A stretch of 64,000 nucleotides of DNA from an uncultured Collinsella sp. (GTDB lineage: Bacteria; Actinomycetota; Coriobacteriia; Coriobacteriales; Coriobacteriaceae): assembly GCA_900546375.1 (NCBI GenBank), contig URCO01000007.1:3303-67302 (forward strand), read 5' to 3'. Made by a program: the position numbers and the translations under genes. Of the stretch, positions 39,893 to 49,590 are shown piece by piece (positions within the stretch are counted from its first letter, which is position 1; each line of letters starts with the position of its first letter). The notes under the pieces are model-generated. The model was not told where the DNA came from and searched no databases. It saw only the letters and a program-made list of their open reading frames with translations.

Positions 39893-40564
39893 CTAGACCG
39901 AATAGCCTTGGCCGCGGTGCGTCGTCAAATACCCCTTGATGCCGATTTTTTCGAGCGTGGTGCGCAGGCGGTTGATGTTGACGGTAAGCGTATTGTCGTC
40001 CACGAAGGCGTCGGAGTCCCACAGATCCTGCATGATGGCCGAGCGCGAAACAATCTTGCCCGCGCGGCTCAGAAGCAGCGAGAGAATACGCAGTTCGTTT
40101 TTTGTGAGCTCGGTGCTGGTGCCCGTTTGCGTGTTGGTGACCATGGAGCGTGCGAGGTCGAGCTCCAGTCCCTTGTGGACGAGCGTGCTGCGCTCGCCCG
40201 CCGCCGCGGTGCGACGCAGCAAGGCATTGATGCGCGCCACGAGCACACGGGCGCTGTAGGGCTTGGGAACAAAGTCGTCCGCGCCGAGCGTCATGGCCAT
40301 GACCTCGTCGATCTCGGTCGTGCGCGACGTGAGGACGATGATGGGAACCTCGGATTCGCGGCGAACCTCGTGGCAGATATGCTGGCCGTCCTTGACGGGA
40401 AGCGTGAGGTCGAGCAGCACCAGGTCGGGCGCGGCGGCGAGAATATCGCGCGAGACATGCTCAAACGATTCGCAGGCCTCGATTTCAAACCCGGCGCGGG
40501 CAAGGATGTCGATAAGTTCACGACGAATGGGCTCGTCGTCCTCAACGATATAGATTAGCGCCAT
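39893..40564 (-). CDS. Response regulator, OmpR family (BceR/GraR-like)
   Basis: IVEDD, LLDLTLP, GADDFVPKP, LTKNE, FVDDNTLTVNINRLR. Confidence 0.9.
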   Translation of the reverse strand: MALIYIVEDDEPIRRELIDILARAGFEIEACESFEHVSRDILAAAPDLVLLDLTLPVKDGQHICHEVRRESEVPIIVLTSRTTEIDEVMAMTLGADDFVPKPYSARVLVARINALLRRTAAAGERSTLVHKGLELDLARSMVTNTQTGTSTELTKNELRILSLLLSRAGKIVSRSAIMQDLWDSDAFVDDNTLTVNINRLRTTLEKIGIKGYLTTHRGQGYSV

Positions 40565-40738
40565 GGATTCCGCCCCCCCTCTTGGTTGTCTTGCCCCATT
40601 ATGACCGCGGATCCGCAGATACGCGCCTCACGCGGCACCAAAGTGACAGAACTGTTCGCGAGTGGCAGAGGCTTGCCTCTCGCTCGCGACGAGCACGGGA
40701 ATTAAATGAGTTTTTAATCCCCGTCCCAGAAACATCAT

Positions 40739-41452
40739 TTAGCGGCGGGCACGGAGCTTTTCGTAGCCTTCGGCGAAGAAGGCGACCGTGGCGGCGTCGG
40801 CCTCGGCGGCGTTCGTCTCGGTCGCGGGGATCACGCCGTGTTCGTCGCTCACTAGGAACAGCGCGCCCTTAAGCTGCGCGGGAATGTCTACGCGCGTGAC
40901 TGGGATGCCCTTGGTCTGGGCCAACTGCTCGATGAGCGTCGCCGTGCCGCACAGGCACTCGTCCGCCGGCGCCACAAAGGCCAGCTCGCCGTTATCGACG
41001 GCGGCGAGCAACTCGGGCGCCACGCCGGTCTCGTCGGCCTCAGATCGAGCCTCGGCGGAGCGGGCGCGCAGCGCCTTGGCCGAAGTATCGGCCAGCGGCT
41101 CGTACTCCCCCACCGTCATGGCGGCGTTGCCGTTGATGTCGATCACCAGCATGAGCACACCGTCGTGCGCGGTGTAATCGCCCTCGGCAAGCGACCACTC
41201 AACGTGCTGCTTGGCCCAGCTGAGCATGTTATGGGTAAGCGGCTCGCCCTGCACCAGGCGCTCGGATAGCGCACGGATGTGGCGGTTGAGCATGGGCACC
41301 TTTTTGTTGGACATGCGCCAACGGCAGATAAGCGCGGGCTTGTCGAGCGTAAACTTCTCGACCGCCTCCTGATTGGCGCAAAAGTCCTCGTACGCACGCT
41401 GATCCTCGGCATTGCCAAACAGCTCGGCATCATCAATCTGGGGCATGGTCAT
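40739..41452 (-). CDS. Hypothetical protein, possibly a degenerate aminotransferase class IV fold
   Basis: PMLNRHIRAL and LFLVSDEHGVIP resemble class IV motifs; GAAAGG RBS. Confidence 0.55.
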   Translation of the reverse strand: MTMPQIDDAELFGNAEDQRAYEDFCANQEAVEKFTLDKPALICRWRMSNKKVPMLNRHIRALSERLVQGEPLTHNMLSWAKQHVEWSLAEGDYTAHDGVLMLVIDINGNAAMTVGEYEPLADTSAKALRARSAEARSEADETGVAPELLAAVDNGELAFVAPADECLCGTATLIEQLAQTKGIPVTRVDIPAQLKGALFLVSDEHGVIPATETNAAEADAATVAFFAEGYEKLRARR

Positions 41453-41551
41453 ACCTTTCGTGTTAGTCATTCCGTCCTCTTATACCAAAAAGACGGCCCT
41501 CCAAACGGAGCAGCCGTCTTTTGCAGAGATTATTTTGTTCCGGGGCGAAAC

Positions 41552-43159
41552 TTAGTGCCTAAAGTGGCGGGCGCCGGTAAAGACCATAGCAATATTGTGC
41601 TCGTTGCAGGCCTGAATGCTCTCGTCATCGCGCTTGGAGCCGCCGGGCTGGATGATGCAGGTCACGCCGTGTGCAGCAAGCACGTCGACGTTGTCGCGGA
41701 ACGGGAAGAACGCGTCGCTTGCACAGGCAAAGCCGCCCTTCTCCACGCCCTCGCGCTCGCAGAAGTCCTCGGCGCGCTCGCAGGCAAGTAGCGCAGAGTC
41801 AACGCGGTTAGGCTGACCCGGGCCCATGCCAATGCCGGCCTTACCCTTGGAGACCAAGATGGCGTTGGACTTAACGCCCTTGCAGACCTTCCAGGCAAAC
41901 TCGAGCTCGGCCATCTCGGCGTCGGTGGGCTTGCGGTCGGTGGGGAACGTAAAGGTCGCGGGATCCTCGGTCACGTGGTCGACCTCCTGCACCAGCATGC
42001 CGCCGTCGACGGAGCGCAGCTCCACCTGAGCGCCGTGGTCCACGCCGCCGGTCGCCAACACGCGCAGGTTGGGGCGCTTGGCCATGCGCTCGAGCGCCTC
42101 GGCAGTGTAGCTCGGGGCGATGATAACCTCGACGAACTGCTTGTTCTGATCGGCAAAGTGCTCGACCAGCTCATAGGGAACCTCGCGGTTGCAGGCAATG
42201 ATGCCGCCGAAGGCGCTCTTGGGATCGCAGGCGAAGGCGCGGTCGTAAGCGGACGTAATGTCCTCGGCAACGGCGGAGCCGCAGGGGTTCTGGTGCTTGA
42301 GAATCACGCAGGCCGGCTCGTCGAACTCGCGGACCAGGTTCCAAGCGGCGTCGGCATCCAGATAGTTGTTGTAGCTGAGCGGCTTGCCCTGGATCTGCTC
42401 GGAGCCCACGAGCGGGAACTGCGAGCTCGCGGTGTTCTCGCAACCCTCGGCAAAGCGATAGACCGTGGCCTTCTGCTGCGGGTTCTCGCCATAGCGCAGG
42501 TCGTCGACCTTCTCCAGCGAGATCTCGAGCTTGGCAGAGGTGTCCGCCACGTCGCTTGCCTGGGCGGCAAGCCAACGGGAGATAGCCGTGTCGTAGGCGG
42601 CGGTGGTCTGGTAGACCTTCACCTGCAGGCGACGACGGGTGGAAAGCGTGGTGCAGCCACCGGTCTCGTGCATCTCGGCTAGGACGGCATCATAGTCGGC
42701 CGGGTCGGAAATGACGGTAACGCTCGTGGCGTTCTTGGCGGCAGAACGCAGCATGGAGGGGCCACCGATGTCGATGTGCTCGATGGCGTCCGCGAAGGTG
42801 ACCTCGGGGTTGGCGACGGTCTTCTCGAACTCGTACAGGTTGACGACGACCAGGTCGATCAGCTTAATGCCGTGCTCAGCGGCCTCCTGCATGTGCTGCT
42901 CGGAATCGCGGCGGGCCAGCAGCGCGCCATGAACCTTGGGGTGCAGGGTCTTAACGCGGCCGTCCATCATCTCGGGATAGCCCGTGAACTCCTCGATGGG
43001 GGTTACGGGAACGCCCGCGTCCTCAATGGCACGAGCCGTGCCGCCCGTAGAGATGATCTCGACGCCAAAGTCATCGACCAGCGTCCGTGCGAAATCGACG
43101 ACGCCCGTCTTATCGGTAACCGAGATCAACGCGCGTGCGATCTTCACATCAGATCCCAT
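41552..43159 (-). CDS. purH: Bifunctional AICAR transformylase/IMP cyclohydrolase
   Basis: [53 protein letters not shown]. Confidence 0.96.
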   Translation of the reverse strand: MGSDVKIARALISVTDKTGVVDFARTLVDDFGVEIISTGGTARAIEDAGVPVTPIEEFTGYPEMMDGRVKTLHPKVHGALLARRDSEQHMQEAAEHGIKLIDLVVVNLYEFEKTVANPEVTFADAIEHIDIGGPSMLRSAAKNATSVTVISDPADYDAVLAEMHETGGCTTLSTRRRLQVKVYQTTAAYDTAISRWLAAQASDVADTSAKLEISLEKVDDLRYGENPQQKATVYRFAEGCENTASSQFPLVGSEQIQGKPLSYNNYLDADAAWNLVREFDEPACVILKHQNPCGSAVAEDITSAYDRAFACDPKSAFGGIIACNREVPYELVEHFADQNKQFVEVIIAPSYTAEALERMAKRPNLRVLATGGVDHGAQVELRSVDGGMLVQEVDHVTEDPATFTFPTDRKPTDAEMAELEFAWKVCKGVKSNAILVSKGKAGIGMGPGQPNRVDSALLACERAEDFCEREGVEKGGFACASDAFFPFRDNVDVLAAHGVTCIIQPGGSKRDDESIQACNEHNIAMVFTGARHFRH

Positions 43160-43435
43160 GCAGTCCTCCTGTCTGGTACGCCGCCGTGCTCTGTGAGTCG
43201 GTGATACGTCGATCTGCAGCGCTCGCGCAGCGGCATTGAAAATACTGATTCAATGTAGCGCATCGAGCGCATCGATGCACCCCGCAACGGGCGCATGTGC
43301 AGAAAAAGTTTGCGAGCGGAGGGGATGGCACGGCACCGGGAACGGTGAGTTCATGGAACACAGGGGCACCATAATTAGATGCCAATGGCGTGGTAGAACT
43401 GTGCTCGATATGCATCCGCAAAAGAAAGAGGCACC

Positions 43436-44077
43436 ATGGTCTCGCGGGTTCTCTACCGACCGTTTGATACCGAAGACTTTGACGCCATCGCGCTGATTCT
43501 GCAGCAGCTTTGGCATAACAATTCGGATAACGATGAGTACAACCACCTTGAGGCCGCGTGCGACCTCGCCTATTGCCTTTCGTCGTCGACGTTTTCACAG
43601 GTTGCGGTGATTGACGGCGAGGCGCGCGGCATTGCACTTGCACGCGCAGGACAGAGCTCCGGCGTCACCATCAACGAGCATTGGATGGATACCGAACGCG
43701 CGCTGCTATCGCAGATGCGTGAGCTGGAGCCCGATGCCTGCGCCGAGTATCTTTCCTTTGTGCGCGCAACCATCCGAACCAACAACCGCCTGCTCGAGAG
43801 CAGCCCGTTGCCGCACGACAACGAGGTCACGCTGCTTGCCGTGGATCGCGATGTCCATGGCCTGGGCGTTGGCACGGTTCTGCTCGATGCCGCGGTCTCG
43901 CACCTGTCCTCGCTTGGAGCGACGAGGGCGCACCTGTACACCGACTCCAACTGCTCGTGGAAGTTCTACGAGCTGCACGGCTTTAAGCGCACGGCCACGC
44001 ACCGCGCCAACCGCGAAGAGCGCCGCCACGACATGCCGCGCGAAAGCTTCCTCTACGAACTCGATCTAACAGCCTAA
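43436..44077 (+). CDS. GNAT family N-acetyltransferase
   Basis: LLAVD..HGLGVGTVL, LYTDSNC..FYELHGF. Confidence 0.85.
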   Translation: MVSRVLYRPFDTEDFDAIALILQQLWHNNSDNDEYNHLEAACDLAYCLSSSTFSQVAVIDGEARGIALARAGQSSGVTINEHWMDTERALLSQMRELEPDACAEYLSFVRATIRTNNRLLESSPLPHDNEVTLLAVDRDVHGLGVGTVLLDAAVSHLSSLGATRAHLYTDSNCSWKFYELHGFKRTATHRANREERRHDMPRESFLYELDLTA

Positions 44078-44091
44078 ACCTGGCAGCTATA

Positions 44092-44140
44092 CCTGGTCAT
44101 TTAGGAACGTCCCCAGTGACTAGTCGTTGGGGACGACCTT
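44092..44140. repeat. REP-like hairpin plus inverted partial copy (GGAACGTCCC family)
   Basis: CCTGGTCATTTAGGAACGTCCCCAGTGACTA followed by GTCGTTGGGGACG. Confidence 0.7.
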
Positions 44141-44215
44141 CGTAGGTAGCGCATAAAAAGGGGATGGATCCGTCGGCAGTCGCCGGAGAAGATCCATCCC
44201 AAAAATCAGAGCTCG

Positions 44216-46159
44216 CTAGAACGTTCCGCCGCCGCCTCCGCCGACGCCGCCGCCTCCGCCGCCAGAGAAGCCGCCGCCTCCGCCGCCGCCCGAGCTGTCG
44301 GAGCTCGACGCCAGCTCACGGATGCTCTCGTGATACACGTCATCGAACGAATCGAGCGGAGACTCGTTGCCGTAATGATGGTAGTACCACCAGTAGCAGG
44401 GATAATTGTCATAGAAGCCGTCGGCCTCGCGCACCTCGGGCGGCACGGCCTCGGCAAGCTGACGCAGCACTTCCTTGGAAACACCCAGCGCCACGCCCAT
44501 CACCAGCAGCTTGTTCCACAGCACCAGATCGCCGGGGACGGCTTCCTTTAGACGCGTGAAGTCCTCGAGCCAATGCTTAAGTGCCTTGCAGCGAGCCGCC
44601 ACCTCGGCGCCCTCCGGCGTAAAGCGGCGGAACGTAAGGCCCACGCCGATACCCACCAGCACAATCGGCACCGAGATAACCGCGGCGGTAATGTTCGCCT
44701 GTGCGCCATCGGTAAAGAAAATGGATCCCACGGGAACAAAGGCAATCAGGATACCAAGAACCAGGCAAAACACCATTGCAACAATGCCGTCCGAGGCAAC
44801 GTACTCGCTATCGGCCAGCTTGCCCTTAACGGTGTTCTGATAGTCCTCGAGCTTATCACCCACGGGTGTAGCGTGCTGCTTGACGTAGTGCTGCAGCTCG
44901 TCGAACGTGCGCGAACGATCGCCGTTCTCGTCAGGCTTAGCACCGGCAAAGAAGACCTTGAGCACCATGCGGTCAATGCCCTTGGCCGACTTCCAGCCCG
45001 CATCACTCACCGTCACGCGATACGTCTGCTCTTCTTTTTCACGCCCCAACAGGCCCTTCTTGGCCTTGGTCACGGTCGCCTGCTCCAGCTTGATCACACG
45101 GTCGTCGGTGAGCTTCATAAGCGTGGCGATATATGCCTGATCGGGCACCTCGTTCCAGCTCATGAGGGCCGAAAGCACGGCGGGATGGTCGGCCGAGGGC
45201 ACATCGCGGAAATATTCGTCCTGGAAAAGCGGCTTGGGCTTGCGCTTGCGCAGCTTGAGCATAACGATTGTGCCGGTAAAGGCCACCGCCGCAACAACAC
45301 TTAGCACGGCAAGTGCATTGGCAATCATGCGAGCGTGAGCGCGGCGGGCGTTAGCTTCGTCGGCCCATTCCTTCTCTTCGCTCAGGATCGTTGACATGCG
45401 CTCTTCGCCCGAGGCGGTAAGCTGCGGCACCCAGTCGCTAGGGAAGGCGATGCGTGCCTCGGCGAATTCGCCCTGATGCACACAGGGAATGGTATAGGTG
45501 ACCATGGGTTCGTCCGCATCGAGCGATACATCGCCCGTCAGCGGGCCGTGGCCCCATGCGCGGAAGTTATCGCCCTTGACGGCCGCCGTCCCGGCAGCGG
45601 CATTTGCGAAGCGCACTTCCATCTCGACATCGTCGGAATCCGCAGACCAGCCGTCGCCCACGAACTTCCAGTAGAGCTCGGCGGTATCGGCCCAGTTCAT
45701 AACCGCACCGGTCATGGTATAGCTCACGTAATAGATCGCGCTGTCGCCGCTCTCGTGGGGGCTGAAAACCTTGATCTTTACGCCGCCGTCGGACTGCTCA
45801 ACCGTATAGACGCCAGAGTCGCCCTTGTTCGCGCTATCGACCCTGTTAAACGCGGTGTCGTCTTCCTCGACGCTCAGCACATTGACGCTCGCCGCGCCTC
45901 CCTGCTGGTTGGTGCCCGTATTGATATCCCAATATACGCCGTTGATGTCGTCGTCGAAATCAAACTGGCGCCCCTCGACAACGGTCAACGACCCATCGGC
46001 CTCAACCGTGGCGCCGATGTAGGTTTGGCTCATGGAGTAGCCGTCGGCGTGTGCGGCGGCAGGCAGCAGCAACAACGCAAGCGTGACGAGTGCGCAGACG
46101 GAAGCGAATCGCGCGAATAGGCGGCGCTGCCGACAGGTCTTGGCAACGGGGGCGTTCAT
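44216..46159 (-). CDS. DUF2207 domain membrane protein
   Basis: Signal peptide; ELYWKFVG, WGHGPL; TMs; C-terminal GGGGGFSGGGGGGVGGGGGGTF. Start uncertain. Confidence 0.85.
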   Translation of the reverse strand: MNAPVAKTCRQRRLFARFASVCALVTLALLLLPAAAHADGYSMSQTYIGATVEADGSLTVVEGRQFDFDDDINGVYWDINTGTNQQGGAASVNVLSVEEDDTAFNRVDSANKGDSGVYTVEQSDGGVKIKVFSPHESGDSAIYYVSYTMTGAVMNWADTAELYWKFVGDGWSADSDDVEMEVRFANAAAGTAAVKGDNFRAWGHGPLTGDVSLDADEPMVTYTIPCVHQGEFAEARIAFPSDWVPQLTASGEERMSTILSEEKEWADEANARRAHARMIANALAVLSVVAAVAFTGTIVMLKLRKRKPKPLFQDEYFRDVPSADHPAVLSALMSWNEVPDQAYIATLMKLTDDRVIKLEQATVTKAKKGLLGREKEEQTYRVTVSDAGWKSAKGIDRMVLKVFFAGAKPDENGDRSRTFDELQHYVKQHATPVGDKLEDYQNTVKGKLADSEYVASDGIVAMVFCLVLGILIAFVPVGSIFFTDGAQANITAAVISVPIVLVGIGVGLTFRRFTPEGAEVAARCKALKHWLEDFTRLKEAVPGDLVLWNKLLVMGVALGVSKEVLRQLAEAVPPEVREADGFYDNYPCYWWYYHHYGNESPLDSFDDVYHESIRELASSSDSSGGGGGGGFSGGGGGGVGGGGGGTF

Positions 46160-46723
46160 AGGCACATCCTTTGTCTGTGATACCAACAGCGTCATTGTCC
46201 CACGTTTGCGGGTACGCATGACGAATATCTGGGCCAACGGAACGTCAAATGGGACAAAAGTCCCACCCGAGTCTGGCACTTAGGGACGTTCCTAATGATC
46301 TATTGGGGACGGAGGAAAACGGATCATTGGGTTGAACCGACGGACTGCAACAAATTTGTCGTTTGGGACGCTCTTTGGCCGAGTCCTGCGCCAGCAATAG
46401 ATACCACTTCACAGCTCCGTCACAGGTGTAGCGGCTTTGTGTGGGCGCGGCATGCGCTGATTGAGCCGTCAGTCGAGGGGCATAAAGCAGTTGAGCGAAA
46501 ACGGTTGCCCCTTTCCCGTTCGCTCGAGGATCATGTCCCCCTTTTCCGCGGAAACCCCGGCAGTTGCGAAGAGCTGCCGGGGTTTCTGTCGTGTATAAGG
46601 CCGAGTCGGCGTACGGCGATCGAGACGTTGGGCCGCAGACCCACCGTGCGCAATGCGCAGCGTCGCCAACTTGCGAGCCACGGAAACGCCTTCCCTACCG
46701 TGCCCCGCGCTATACTCGTCCGC

Positions 46724-47734
46724 ATGGATATCAAAACACGCAACATACCAACGCCCGCCGCGGATGCGCCAACGACGCAGCCTGCCTCCGTTCCCGCACC
46801 TGTCGTGGGCCGTTTTGCCCCGTCGCCCTCGGGCCGCATGCACCTGGGCAACGTGTTCAGCTGCCTGTGCGCATGGCTTTCGGCCCGCAGCCAGGGCGGC
46901 AGCATCGTGTTGCGCATCGAGGACCTGGACGATCGCTGCAAGCGCCCGGAACTTGCCACTCAACTGATTGACGACCTGACCTGGCTGGGACTCGAGTGGG
47001 ACGAAGGCCCCTACTACCAGCACGATCGCCTCGACCTGTACGAGGGCGCCTTGCGCCAGCTGCAAGACGCCAGCCTCACCTACCCCTGCTTTTGCACGCG
47101 TGCCGAGCTCCACGCCGCGAGCGCGCCGCACGCCAGCGACGGCACGCCCATCTACCGCGGCGCCTGCCGAGGCCTTTCGGCCGAAGAGGTCGCCCGCCGC
47201 AGTGCCCTGCGCGCCCCGGCCACGCGCCTGCGCGTGCCCGACATCGACGACCTCGCGGGCGACGTGATCGAATTCGTGGACCGCACGTACGGGGCCCAAT
47301 GCGAGGCGCTCGCCACCGAGTGCGGCGATTTTTTGGTGCGCCGCAGCGACGGCGTTTTTGCCTATCAGCTAGCCGTGGTGGTCGATGACGCCGCCATGGG
47401 CGTTACCGAGGTCGTGCGCGGATGCGACCTGCTGGGCTCCACGCCCCGCCAAATCTACCTGCAGCATCTGCTGGGACTTCCCACGCCGCACTACGCGCAC
47501 ATTCCGCTGCTCATGTCGCCGGACGGCCGCCGCCTTTCCAAGCGCGACCGCGACCTGGACCTGGGCGAGCTCCGCGCCCGCTTTGGCACGCCCGAGGCAC
47601 TGCTGGGCTGGCTCGCCAGGCAAACGGGCATCGCACCGGACGCCACGCCGCGCTCTGCTGAGCAGCTGGTCGAGCACTTTAGCTGGGATGTCATCCGCGC
47701 GCACAGGGAGAACATCACCGTAACGGCCGAGTAG
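46724..47734 (+). CDS. gluQ: Glutamyl-Q tRNA(Asp) synthetase
   Basis: GRFAPSPSGRMHLGN, LRIEDLD, CFCTR, YRGAC, YQLAVVVDD, RLSKRD; no anticodon-binding domain. Confidence 0.88.
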   Translation: MDIKTRNIPTPAADAPTTQPASVPAPVVGRFAPSPSGRMHLGNVFSCLCAWLSARSQGGSIVLRIEDLDDRCKRPELATQLIDDLTWLGLEWDEGPYYQHDRLDLYEGALRQLQDASLTYPCFCTRAELHAASAPHASDGTPIYRGACRGLSAEEVARRSALRAPATRLRVPDIDDLAGDVIEFVDRTYGAQCEALATECGDFLVRRSDGVFAYQLAVVVDDAAMGVTEVVRGCDLLGSTPRQIYLQHLLGLPTPHYAHIPLLMSPDGRRLSKRDRDLDLGELRARFGTPEALLGWLARQTGIAPDATPRSAEQLVEHFSWDVIRAHRENITVTAE

Positions 47735-47749
47735 CCAAACGCCCCGCCC

Positions 47750-48475
47750 CTACGCAATGTCCCAGGGTTGGAGTTCGTCACCCAGGTGGATGATGCAGTC
47801 GTAGAGTACGGTGTGGCGCTCGGTCGGATTGGCATCGCGATGAAAATGCCCGTAGTACCAGCGCTTGTAGTCCAAGCGATCTTCCAACTCGTCAAAAAAA
47901 GCCGTGAGCCGATCGACATCGGGTCGGGTCCAGCCGGGCGCCGGATAGAGCGTGGGCGAAAGCAAGCGCGTGGAGCAGGTATGGGTGATCACGTAGTCGA
48001 CCTTCCAGTCCACACTATCGAGCTTTGCCCGCGCCTCCTCAAAGTTGCGCTCGTCCGGCAGCTCCTGCGGCCACCAGCTGGAATACGGAATGCGGTATTC
48101 CTTATCCACGCTCGTGGCACCGCCCATGGTAAAGATTGTTGAATCGTCAAGCTCAAAAACCTCGCCACGCGTCAGGCGCCGTATGGGCGAGGTGTCCGAC
48201 AGGCACTGCGTCAGACCACCATGCCACAGCTCCATAGGGCGCTCCGCCCAATGGTCGAAGCGTTCGTGGTTGCCGTCGACGAACAACACGGTATAGGGAC
48301 GCGATTCCAGCCAGGCAATATCGGCGCACTCCTCGGCAGAGAAATCCCAGGGAAAGCCAAAGTCGCCCGCAACAATCAGATAGTCGTCACTCGTCAGACT
48401 ATCCCCAAGATCCCAGTCGCGCAGCTTTTGCATGTCGACGCCACCGTGAATGTCGCCATTCACATAGACCGTCAT
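47750..48475 (-). CDS. Metallophosphoesterase (calcineurin-like)
   Basis: GDIHG, GDFG, DGNHE, ITH, GHFH. Confidence 0.88.
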   Translation of the reverse strand: MTVYVNGDIHGGVDMQKLRDWDLGDSLTSDDYLIVAGDFGFPWDFSAEECADIAWLESRPYTVLFVDGNHERFDHWAERPMELWHGGLTQCLSDTSPIRRLTRGEVFELDDSTIFTMGGATSVDKEYRIPYSSWWPQELPDERNFEEARAKLDSVDWKVDYVITHTCSTRLLSPTLYPAPGWTRPDVDRLTAFFDELEDRLDYKRWYYGHFHRDANPTERHTVLYDCIIHLGDELQPWDIA

Positions 48476-49110
48476 CGGATCACCACTTCCCTCTTATAGG
48501 TTTCGAGATCGTGCTCGATCTGCTCGTTGCCCGTGGCGTTGACCCACCACGGCCACTTGACGCAGCTCACCGGCTCGTCTACCTGCACAAACCACGACTT
48601 GAGCTCCTCCAGGCTCACCGGGGCGTAGCTGTTAGCGTCCGCGCCCACGTCATAGCGCAGCAGCCCCTGTCTGAGGTTGAACTTGTTGTACGCGTCGCCA
48701 CAGCTGTGGATATGCCCGTGCAGATGCCAGCTACCGTGCGACATGCCCTGCCAGTCGACCATGGGATAGTGGCTCAGCACGATTTTTTGGCGGTCAATCT
48801 TGAGCACGCAAATGGGCGGCTCGACGATAAAAGCATCCGCTACGGCAGGCTGCGTCCAGTCTTTGTCGTGGTTGCCGGGCAGTAGGTGGACGCGCTTGCA
48901 GACAATGCTTTTACGCAGCTCGTAGGCGTCTTGGACCGTCATCTTAAAGCTGAAGTCGCCCAAGATGTAGAGCTCGTCATCCGCAGCGACCTTGCTGTTA
49001 ATGTTAGCGACCATGGCGTCGTTCATCTGCGCAACAGTCGACCACGGCCTGCCGCAGAGCCGCAGCATGTTCTCGTGCCCAAAATGTGTATCACTGGTAA
49101 ACCAGATCAT
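48472..49110 (-). CDS. Metallophosphoesterase (calcineurin-like, phage-type subfamily)
   Basis: SDTHFGH, LGD, GNHD, LSHYP, HGHIH, YDVGAD; 4-bp overlap with the next gene. Confidence 0.88.
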   Translation of the reverse strand: MIWFTSDTHFGHENMLRLCGRPWSTVAQMNDAMVANINSKVAADDELYILGDFSFKMTVQDAYELRKSIVCKRVHLLPGNHDKDWTQPAVADAFIVEPPICVLKIDRQKIVLSHYPMVDWQGMSHGSWHLHGHIHSCGDAYNKFNLRQGLLRYDVGADANSYAPVSLEELKSWFVQVDEPVSCVKWPWWVNATGNEQIEHDLETYKREVVIR

Positions 49111-49150
49111 GGGGAACTCCTAACGCTGCGGGGCATCTATCCCTTATGGC

Positions 49151-49390
49151 TTACCCCTCGTTCTTCCATCCAAACGGGTCAAGCACCCAAAAAATCAGAT
49201 CGAGCACGCCGCCAGTTATCATGGCGCCGGCAAGGGCCATGCAAACGTGCAGAGAGCTGACACTTCGGAGCACGTCGAACGGTCCCAGAACAGCCAGCAG
49301 CGCGACCGCTGCGCCGGCAAGGCACAACGCGAGGCACGGTCCCGCGTCCTTGACGCACTTCTTTGCGAGATGCTTGGTGTTGTCACTCAT
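49151..49390 (-). CDS. Small hypothetical membrane protein
   Basis: Two hydrophobic segments; AAGGAG upstream. Confidence 0.45.
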   Translation of the reverse strand: MSDNTKHLAKKCVKDAGPCLALCLAGAAVALLAVLGPFDVLRSVSSLHVCMALAGAMITGGVLDLIFWVLDPFGWKNEG

Positions 49391-49590
49391 CAAAATCGAA
49401 CTCCTTAGAGGGTCGTTGTTCAGGTACATGCCGCCGCGGCAGAGCAGGGCGACAGGGCAAGTGTCACATGTCGTGCGGACACGTGTGCAAGCTCATGCCA
49501 AACTGCCAACCCCAATCGTCATACATCTAAAATACGAACGATCGATCTGTTATCCTGGCGCCAACATAGTCTTTCGAAAGGTTTGCCGGG

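Noticed and set aside
43160..43435. ZMP/ZTP riboswitch upstream of purH
   Set aside because: I could not find the conserved GACUGGCG and GCCUGGGC elements on the minus strand.
44216..44300. GCC-rich microsatellite
   Set aside because: It encodes the normal poly-Gly C-terminus of DUF2207 proteins.
46295..46723. 143-aa N-terminal extension of gluQ
   Set aside because: It runs through repeats and a strong hairpin; GluQ homology begins near GRFAPSP.
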